12,402 bases of DNA from Prasinococcaceae sp. CCMP 1430. Taxonomy: Eukaryota; Plantae; Prasinodermophyta. Numbering within the stretch: the stretch's first letter is position 1; each line of letters starts with the position of its first letter. The translations under genes were made by a program, and so were the position numbers. Under the pieces are notes generated by a model. It was not told the origin of the DNA. It did not search any database and was given only the letters and a program-made list of their open reading frames with translations. This document shows, piece after piece, positions 1 through 9,814 of the stretch. The stretch lies in the NCBI GenBank assembly GCA_013416795.1, contig RQSC01000196.1:41522-53923 (forward strand). Direction: 5' to 3'.

Positions 1-2
1 GC

Positions 3-1445
<1,443 letters not shown>

Positions 1446-1498
1446 GCGGGGGCGCGACGGTAGGAGTCGCGCAGCCGGCGCGCGCGGCCCCGCGCCAG

Positions 1499-3140
1499 CT
1501 CCTGAGCGAGCGCGGCGAGCCCACGGAGGCGCCGGTGTATGTGAGGCCCACCAAATCGCCCGCGGTAGCGCCGACCAAGTCGCCCACGCGCGCCACGCCG
1601 AGGCCGACCGCCTTTCCGACCGCCCCTTCAGATTCGTGCGTGGGCTTCTGCAACGACTTCGCGCCCTCGGGCTGCTCGTGCCGCGCCAACTGCGTCCCGA
1701 GCGGGATGCCGCCCACCAAGGCGCCCGTCGACGGGGGCACCGCCTCGCCCACCAGCGCGCCGACCCGAGCGATTCCCGTCGACGAGCCTGGGCTGTGCTG
1801 CTTCGACGCCTGCGAGGTGAGAGCCGACGCCGATCGGCGTCGCGGCGGGCGGGCCCGCCCGCTGATGCGATCGTGCGCCACATCCGCGCGCGCTCGTCGT
1901 GCCGCTGACGCGCGCGCTCGCCCGCCGGCCGCGCGACGCGACGCGGTCACGCGCGTCGCAGGCCTGCGGCTACGGCACGAAGGACAACCTCCCCGATGGC
2001 CCCCCGTGTGTGATGGGCGCCCCCACAAAGTCGCCTACCGCGACGCAGTGCCTGAACGAGGGCACGGAGAAAGCGGGCGGGAGGGGGCCCTCCATTGACA
2101 TCTCCGACGCCTTGAACGGCGTCACCGTCTCCGTGATCGGAGACACCACCGCGGTGGATCCCGCGTGCGTCGGCAAGGGCATGACTGGGGACGTCTTGCG
2201 CGAGACGTGCTTCTCTGAGGTCGATAACCAGGCCGTTTACCATGAGCTCTCCCTCGAGGGCGTCCGCGACACCACGGGCTGGGTGTGCCGCGTCGAGACG
2301 TGCGAAGGCTCGAACTACGACACTGCCATCCGCCTATACAACAACGACGTCATGGGGGGCACCCTGCTCAGCTGCCAGGACGACGGCTGCGGCCAGCAGA
2401 CGGACTTCAACTTCGCGCCGATCGCCTTCGACTCCAAACACTTCCTCCTCGAGGTCACCGGGTTCGCCGACAGTGCTGGTGAGTACACGCTCTCGGTGAC
2501 CTGCAGCGACCTGGGGGGGTGCCTGAACGAGGGCACGGACGATGCTGGGCTGATCGGTAAGCCGCTCGCCGAGTTCACCGACGGCTTGAACGGCGCAACA
2601 ACCTTCGTCGAGGGCGACACGTCGCTCGTCAACCCGGCGTGCATTGGCAAGAGCATCGCCATCTTCGCCAGGTTCCCCGACAGCGGGCTCGACTGCTACA
2701 ATCAACGCAACAGCAACACCGCGGTGTACCACGCGCTCTCTCTCGAGGCCGTGTCCGACCTCACCGACTGGACGTGCCAAGTGTCGACGTGCCTCGACTC
2801 TGACTTCGACACCGGCGTGCGCCTCTACGACAGCTCGAAAGTGAAGAGCGGCGTCCTTGTCGGCTGCCAGGATGATGGGTGCACCTTCATCCCCGGAGAG
2901 GGGCCGCCCTTTAAGACGGAGTTTGAATTCGCGCCGAGCGACTTGGGCAGCGCGCTCTTCTTGGTCCAGGTGACGGGCTTTTCTTTCAACTCGGGGCCGT
3001 ACAAACTCGCGGTGCAGTGCGGCACGGACCTTCCGCCCCTGACGGGGCCCACCGACCCCGAAGAGCAGCCCGGGGGCGACGAGAAGAGAGCCGAGAACGA
3101 CGCGATCGAAGCTGCTTTGGACGCGAAGGAAGGGTCTTGA
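1499..3140 (+). CDS. Extracellular-type protein: PT-repeat stalks + split somatomedin-B-like domain + two tandem PPC-like beta-sandwich domains; join(~1499..1816,1962..3140), 5' end unresolved
   Basis: Exon 1 (frame of ORF 149..2098) encodes PTEAP/PTKSP/PTAFPTAP repeats and SCVGFCNDFAPSGCSCRANC...LCCFDACE. A phase-0 GT-AG intron joins it in frame to ORF 1899..3140 (ACGYGTKD...), which has two ~155-165 aa Cys-containing repeats. Stop TGA 3138-3140. There is no in-frame ATG before 1706 and no signal peptide is visible. Confidence 0.7.
1817..1961 (+). other. Spliceosomal GT-AG intron (145 nt, phase 0)
   Basis: Donor GAG|GTGAGA at 1817, branch-like GCTGAC near 1903, acceptor CGTCGCAG|GCC at 1961. 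Splicing joins two coding-like frames and completes the CC-x-D-x4-C motif. Confidence 0.8.
2049..3020 (+). repeat. Intragenic tandem domain duplication (copy 1 2049..2504, copy 2 2520..3020)
   Basis: Both copies begin with the identical 20-mer TGCCTGAACGAGGGCACGGA (CLNEGT), 471 nt apart. They share LNG...GDT..V.PAC.GK, AVYH.LSLE.V.D.T.W.C.V.TC..S..DT..RLY, CQDDGC, F.FAP and FL..VTGF....G.Y.L.V.C. Confidence 0.9.
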
Positions 3141-3489
3141 GTGCGCCTCCGAGATGCGACGGGGGGGGGCCGCAGCCAGGCGACGAGAGAACCGCACGAA
3201 ACCACACCGTGACGTGCAGACGCCGCGTCCCTGAGTGCAGCTTTGATTGGTACTGTCCTGATGAGCGAGAGAGGGCAACGCAAGCGCAGACAGGCTCGTG
3301 CAGGGAAGCGGCGCCGAGCTAGGTAGGGCGCCCCTTACGTAAGTATAGTTCAAGCAAATTCAACGGACGACCATGGTTCGTCTTTAAAAACAGCTGCAAT
3401 GGGTCCGCGTGGCGCGGCGCGGGCTGCGGGTGGCGGCTTGCTGTCGCGACCCGATCGGGCGCGCGCGTGTGGGCGCCGCGCGTGTATCG

Positions 3490-6400
3490 CTACGTTCGCG
3501 CGCGCCCTGCGGCGGAGGAGGCGATCTTGCCGCCGAGCTTGAAGGCCTCCTCGATGGCGATGACGGGCGCCGACAGCGCCAGGCACACCGCCCACTCCTC
3601 CGCGCTCAGCGGCACGACGCTGAACGTCTTTGCGAGGGGCTCGACGTAGAGGATGGCGGCGTGCACGCCGAGGCTGCCGGCGACGGCCAGCAGGAGCGTC
3701 GGGTTGCGCCACGGCGGGGAGACCAGCAGCGAGTCGCGCTCGGACACGCCGTTGAGCGCGTTGGCCATCTGCGCGCACACGAGCGTCGTCACGCCGAGGG
3801 TGGCCGCCTTGGCCTTGCCAGAGCCGAAGTAGTCGCACGGGTCAGCGTCGAAGGGCCCGACGACGCCCGCGCCGCCGCCGGCGGCCACCGAGTCCGCGGA
3901 CCAACCGAGCGCGTACTGCGAGGGCACAAAGTCGCGCCACAGCGCCGCGGGCCCGCCGCTGGCGTCGGCGCTGCACCCGGCCCATCCGAGGAGCTGCTCC
4001 TGCGACACGAAGGTGTGGCCGTCGGCGGCGAGGTCGAAGCCCAGGAAGGTGGGCTGCGTGTACCAGATGTCAAACGCGCCCACGGTCGCCGCGCCGACGT
4101 ACAGGCCGAGGGTCGTGTAGCGCAGGAGCGCCCAGCGATCCAGAATGGGCTCGTCTACGGGCCGCGGCGGGCGGCCCATCACGCCCCTCTCACGCGGGTT
4201 GAAGATGAGGGCGGTTGCGGGCAGGCTGTCCGTCACGAGGTTGACGAACAGCAGCTGCACCGGGAGCAAAAAGCTCGGGAAGCCCAGCGCGCCGATGAAA
4301 AAGAGCGCCGCGACCTGATCCGCGCGCGCGCGCGCGCGGTCGGTTGGGTGCGGGCACGCGCGCGGGCGCGCCGGGCCCAAACACGGTGTCAGCGCGAAGG
4401 AAGGACGGAGCGGCAGGCTGTGGTGCGGCGAAAGGTACCGTGACGAGCACGACCTCAGTGTCCGCAGAGTAACGTTGGCATCAACGCGACCGAGCGACTC
4501 GTGCGCAGTCGATCAGGTGTTGCAGTGTGGAGAGTACGCATATAGGTGGTGGGGCGACCCGGCCAGCCGGGGAGCACAGCTGTGGCGCGCGCGCCGGCGC
4601 AATCGATCGCCGCGCTCAGTCGCCCACGCACCTCTCCTATGTTGCTCGACACGAGGTATCGGATGACGCTCCTCACGTTGGCGTTGATCGCACGCCCCTC
4701 GCCGATCGCGCTCACGATGGTCGCAAAGTTGTCGTCGGCGAGGACCATGTCGGACGCCTCCTTGGCGACCTCGGTGCCGGTGATGCCCATCGCGAGGCCG
4801 ACGTCCGCGAGCTTGAGCGCCGGCGCGTCGTTCACGCCGTCCCCCGTCATGGCGACCACGCTCCCTTTGCTCTTCAGCAGGCGCACGATGTCCTGCTTGT
4901 GCTTCGGCTCCGCGCGGCTGAAGACGCGCCCCCCGCCGCCGCTGAGGAACTCGAGCTGGTCCGCCTCGGACATCGTGGCAAAGGATCGAGCGGTGATGCT
5001 CCTCGTGTCGTCGAGGCCCTCACCGTCCTCGAAAACGCCGATGTCGCGGCAGATGGCCTCCGCGGTGAGGCTGTTGTCGCCCGTGATGACGATGACGCGA
5101 ACGCCCGCCTCGCGACAGGACTCGATGCTCGCTCGCACCTCGGGGCGCGGGGGGTCTCGGAGGCCTGCAAGGCCGACGAGGGTCAGGTCGGACTCGACCT
5201 CCGCGTACCGCGTCGGATCTGCGAGCTGTGCGAAGACGTCGTCGCCGTCCGTGTCGTCGAGGGTGCTTCCGTCGTAGTGCTCGAGCGCGCCGAGGTCGTG
5301 GCCCCACTTGGCGGCAAATGCAAGCGTGCGCTGCCCGCCTCGCGCCATGTCCTCGAGGGTCGCTGAGAGCGCCGCGCGGTCGTCGGCGCCGAGCGCGGCC
5401 GTGGAGCCGTCGGCCCGCATGACGTGCGTGCAGCGCTCCAAGACGCTCTCGGGTGCGCCCTTCACCAGCAGCTTGTTCACACCACCGCCACCCAACGGCT
5501 GGTGCTCGCAGTCGTTCAGGCGCATCCCATCGGCGGATGACGCCACGAGCACGGACATCGACTTGCGGTCGCGGTCGAATTCGAGCGTGGCCACGCGCGA
5601 GTAGCTGCCGCCCCACGCGTCGTTCACGGGCTCGACGGACGCGCCGCTGCCGAAGATCCCCGCGCCACCCTCCCGCAGGGCCGCGTCGGGCGTGCCCAGG
5701 TACATCTTCTCCACCAACACCCGCAGCGCGGCCTCCGTCGGCTGCCCGATCGCGCGATACTTTCGTCCCGCGCCGTCTGAGGTCTCTTCTACCGAGAGCC
5801 GCGCGTCGTTGCAGAGCGAGCACACCATCGCGATCGCCTGCAGATTCGCGTTCATGTCAGCCGGCGCGGGCAGGCCGCTGGCCTTGGCGGCCTCCGCGGC
5901 TTCGACCTTGGCAATGGCTGCGGCCTCGACCTCGGCGGCGGCGGCAGCAGCGGCCTCCGCCTTCGTCTTGGCATTCGAGATCGCCACGGCCATCTTGGCC
6001 TCGGTCCCCGTCCTGCGCTTGAGACCGGCCTTCGCCTCGGCTTCGTTGCGCGCTTTGACGGCGGCTTCGGCCTTGGCAGCCGCGGCGACGACATCCTCGG
6101 CAGTCGCCCGGGCCTTTGCTGCGGCCTTGGCTCGAGCCTCGGCCTCGGCTATTGCCGCCGCTTCGGCCTTCGCCTTGGCCTTCGCGGCAGCCTTGGCCTC
6201 GTCCTTCGCCTTGGCGGCGCTCTCAGCCTTGATCCGGGCCACGGCCTCGGCCTTGATCGCAGCTTCCATCTCCGCCTTCGCGTCGGTCGCGTCTACCTCC
6301 GCCTTGCTCTTTGCCCTGCCGTAGGCCTCGGCCTCGGCGTCCGCCCTGATCCTCGCGGGACCGGCCCTGGCCGCGCGGACGGACCTGGACCTCGCGGAGG

Positions 6401-8270
6401 CCTCGGCCATGGTGGCGGCGGAGACGACCGCGTCGGCCTTCGTCTCCGCCCTCGCGGCGGCTTCCGCCCGAGCTTTGGCCTCCTCGTAAGCCTTGGCGGT
6501 GGCGTCCGCCTCGACCTGCGCCCACGCGTCGGCGTCCGACGAGCCATCGCGCGGATCGTACGACGTTCCCTCGAGGGTATAGCGCCGGGCATCCGCGGCG
6601 CCGTTGGGGCCCAGCGCAACGAGCGTGGTCACAGACATCTGGTTCGTGGTGAGCGTGCCGGTCTTGTCGCTGCAGATGACGCTCGCGCACCCGAGGGTCT
6701 CTACGGAGGCGAGCCGACGCACAATAGCGTTCTGCCTGGCCATGGCGCGCGTCCCAAGGGAGAGCGCGATCGTGACCACGCCTGGCAGGCCCTCGGGAAT
6801 CGCGGCGACGGCGAGCGCGACGGCAATCTTGAAGTAGTACGTCGCACCTCGGAGGTCCACGGCAACATCGGGCAGCGAGAGCGGCGACCCGTCGAGGACG
6901 ACTGACCCGACGGAGGACGGGCCCGCGCCGGCATTCTGTGCAGCGTCGCCGATCGACACGAACTCGTCTGAATTGAGAGCGAAGAGCAGCACGCAGATGC
7001 CCAGGATGAGCGCCGTGAGGTCCTCCGCGAAGGCGTCGAGCGAGCGGCTCAGCGGCGTGCTCGCCGCGGACGCCTCCTTCTGCGCCAGGTTCAAGGTCGC
7101 CTGGACCTTGCCCAGTTCGGTCGCTCCGCCGGTCGCATTGACGACGGCGACGCACGATCCGTTCACGACCACGGTCGAGGCGAAGAGCATCGAGTCTTTG
7201 GCCTGCAGCTCGACGTCGTCGCGCTCCGAGGCACCATGCGCGTTGGCGCCGTCGTCGCTGGCAGCGTCGATCCGACCCGCCTCGACGCAGCACGGCTCGC
7301 TTTGCTTGTCCACGGCCTCGCTCTCACCTGTGAGCGAGGCCTGGTCCGCGCGCAGGGTCATGGTCCGAAGCGCCACGATGCGCAGATCCGCGGGGACTCG
7401 GTCGCCCGGGCCGAGCTCGACGATGTCGCCAGGGACGAGGTTAGCCGCCGGGAAATCCGGGAGGCGCGCGCCGTCGCGCACCACGGCGCGCACGCGGTCT
7501 GGCTGCAGCTCCTTGAGCTCTTCCAGCGCCTCCTCGGCGCTCAGCTCTTGCGCGACGCTCACCGCGGCATTGAGCACCAGGATCGCCAGTATGACGAGCG
7601 GCTCGGCGTACGCGGCCCACGCGTCGACGGCGCTCGCGGCGGCGGCGGCGGTCTCCGCGGAGAGCTCTGGCTCCTCTTCGAGGTACGAGAGCCCGAAAGA
7701 CACCGCCGCCGCGGCGAGGAGCACGCGCACGAGCAGGTCGTCGAACTGCGCCAGCAGGAGCTTCAGCCAGCCCGCGCGCCCCTCGCCCTCGTCGAGCGCG
7801 TTCGGGCCGCACGCGTCCAGCCGCCGCGCGGCCTCGGCGGAGGTCAGCCCGGCGTCCACGCTCGCGACGCCGTAGTGCGCCAGGCAGTCCTGCGCGGGCA
7901 GGCGATACGCCGGAAAGCTCCCCGAGCAGTCGATCGCGTCGGGCCCATTGCTGTCGCCGCCGCCCCCAGCCGCGGCGGCGCTGCCGGCGGCGGCGCGGTC
8001 GTTCCTTTTGGAGCCCGCGGCCCCCGGCGCGCTGTCGACGGCGGTCGCGAGGGGTCGCAGGCGCGGGTTGACGACGCGCGCCGCTCTGCGAGGCGCGCCC
8101 AGCGATCGGCTGGGGCGGCGGCGCGCGCCCGCGCTCGCAGCACCCCCTCCTCCTCCGCCGACGGGAACGTCGGGAGGCGGCAGACATTGATGGCCTCGAG
8201 GCGCCCGCTGGCCACCACCGGTGCCGCATCGGCGGGCGAGGGGGCGACGGCCCAGCGGCCGCTTCAGCAT
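3490..8270 (-). CDS. ECA: P-type IIA (SERCA/ECA1-like) Ca2+/Mn2+-transporting ATPase; complement(join(3490..4314,4632..8270)), 1487 aa
   Basis: ATG at 8270. Motifs: LTGES, YFKIAVALAVAAIPEGLP, phosphorylation site DKTGTLTTNQM (Asp at 6666-6668), KGAPE, DPPRPEV, ITGDN, TGDGVNDAPALK. M5-M6 SSNIGE|VAALFF...PVQLLFVNLVTD is restored by splicing. The luminal loop WYT..FLGFDL..DGHT...PCDYF..GK.KA resembles plant ECA1/2/4. Stop at 3490-3492. Confidence 0.95.
4315..4631 (-). other. Spliceosomal GT-AG intron (317 nt, phase 0) in the ATPase
   Basis: Donor GAG|GTGCGT at 4631 and acceptor GATCAG|GTC at 4315. The join NIGE|VAALFFIGALG aligns without gaps to SERCA NVGEVVCIFLTAALG. Confidence 0.92.
4321..4338. 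repeat. (CG)9 dinucleotide tract next to the intron acceptor
   Basis: Read directly: cgcgcgcgcgcgcgcgcg. Confidence 0.95.
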
Positions 8271-8502
8271 CGTCAGTCAGCCGTCGCTCGCTCGAGGCGT
8301 CGCGTCCGCTCGCCCCGCCACACGGCGCCGCCCGACGCGGCGCGGCGCGTTCGCGTGCGCGTGCGCTCGCGCGCTCGCTCGCGCGTGTGCGCGCGCCCCC
8401 GCCAGCCCCTGACCGCGCCCGCCAGGGAGGTGTTAGGAGGGAGGAGCACCTGGCGCGCTGGCTGGCCGGCCGGCGAGTGGTGACTGCAGCAGCAGCGCGC
8501 GA
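8271..8502. promoter_or_regulatory. Probable bidirectional promoter between the ATPase (-) and the DNAJC22-like gene (+)
   Basis: 232-nt head-to-head gap containing an alternating purine/pyrimidine tract and a purine-rich segment. No specific motif was identified; the call is positional inference. Confidence 0.5.
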
Positions 8503-9620
8503 ATGCGCCAGGGACGGGGCCCGCGGCGCCGCGCGGCGTCGCCGCGGCCTACGCGCTGTGGCTCGTCGGCGGCATGTGGGGCGCGCACCACTTCTACCTG
8601 CGGCGCAACACGCAGGGCGTGCTCTGGCTGCTCACGGGGGGCGGCTTCGGCCAGGGCTGGCTGCGTGACGCGGTGCGCATTCCCGCGTACGTCGCCGAGG
8701 CCAACGCGACCGAAGAGTGGGTGCGCACGTACAAGGCGCTCGTCAAGGCGTACGAGCGCCCGCCCACGTACTTCAGCCACCTCTACTTCAAGTGCGCGGC
8801 GGGGCTGTACGCATTCTTTGTGGTCCGCATGTACACGCTGGGAGTGTTCTCGCTCGCGGGCGTGCACCAGGCCTTCGGGGCGGAGGCGACGCCCGACGCC
8901 AGGGTCGTCCTGTCGCTCTCCGATGAGGGCGGGCCGTGGGGCACGATCTCCCGCGCCTCAGCGGGCGCCGCGCTTGGCGCGGCCGTGTGGGGGGTCGGCA
9001 GCACGGGCCGCCAGCGTTGCTCATTCGGCTGGACGGTGGGCGCCGCTGCGCTCGCCGCGGCGGTGAGCGGCGCGGGCGGCGGCGCGGGCTTCTTCTTCGC
9101 GCTGCTCGCCGCCCTGGTGCAGTCGTTTCGCACGCGCCGCTGGCACCTCGCAGAGGATGGCGCGCAGGCGCTCAGCGGCTGGGGCGTCGTCCGCGTCCTC
9201 CTCCTGCTGGGGGCGGCGTGGCTGGTGCTCATCGTGCTTGCGCTGCGCAAGTTCGACCTTTACGTGCACGACGAGACCAACGGCGAGTACAGCACGTGGC
9301 GAATGTTCCAGGACATCTTCTCCCAGGTGCGGAATAACGGCTTCGACAAGGAGCGCTGGGGCGAGTGGACAAGCGATCGCGCGAGGGGCACGAGCGGCAT
9401 GTCTGCACGTGAGGCGAGGTCGGTGCTCGGCGTCGGCGCGGATGCCACTACGTCGGCAATCCGCAAGGCGCACCGTGACCTCAGCCGCGAGTGGCACCCC
9501 GACAAGTGGCACGGCGACGTTGACAAGCTCACCGAGGCCGAGGAGATGCAAGTCAGGCTAAACCTGGCCAAGGACGTGCTCATGGAGCGCGCGCCTACGC
9601 CTGACATGCCTGACGACTAG
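8503..9620 (+). CDS. DNAJC22: DNAJC22/wurst-like membrane co-chaperone: N-terminal TM2 domain, further hydrophobic segments, C-terminal J-domain; start uncertain (apparent 1-nt frameshift at the ATG at 8503)
   Basis: The frame of ORF 8574 is open from 8484: RGVAAAYALWLVGGMWGAHHFYLRRNTQGVLWLLTGGGFGQGWLRDAVRIPAYVAEAN, resembling the DNAJC22 TM2 region. J-domain ~9399..9581 has intact HPD (9495-9503). Stop TAG 9618-9620. The first in-frame ATG (8574) lies inside the TM2 domain. Confidence 0.8.
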
Positions 9621-9814
9621 CGTCGGCGCCGCCTCGCTCCCTCCCTGCTTCCCCCGCCTGGCGCTTGCGGGCAGCATGCACGCGGCCGCGCGGCACGCGG
9701 GCAACGGACAGTAAACGCGGCGGTGGCCTTCGGCACACGCGAGCGCACATGTGCAAATGCGTGTGCGCGTGCGTGTGCGCAAGGCCACAGCGCGCGCGCG
9801 CGCAGGCATGCGCT

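Noticed and set aside
3198-3295. Hammerhead-like elements: GAAAC at 3198 and CTGATGAG at 3258 followed by GAGC...GCTC pairing
   Set aside because: The stem is followed by GTGC rather than GAAA, and the type II permutation using the upstream GAAAC gives no stems II or III.
3335-3344. TTACGTAA palindrome and perfect GTAAGT donor-like site in the convergent gap
   Set aside because: It lies ~200 nt past the stop with no supported exon or acceptor, and is short enough to occur by chance.
4389-4484. Possible C/D snoRNA in the ATPase intron (- strand TTGATGC...CTGA...CTGA, 96 nt)
   Set aside because: The C box is non-canonical, there is no C' box or proper terminal stem, and I recognise no rRNA-complementary guide. 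A snoscan or Infernal run would settle it.
3409-8483. Many long Arg/Ala/Pro-rich ORFs antisense or out of frame to the ATPase (e.g. 3409..4443, 4527..5366, 7236..8483)
   Set aside because: They have no recognisable motifs and are expected stop-poor shadows of a high-GC CDS.
9665-9814. N-terminal 50 aa of ORF 9665..10720
   Set aside because: It translates a CA/CG/TG low-complexity tract starting 45 nt after the previous stop. ATG 9815 is the more plausible start.
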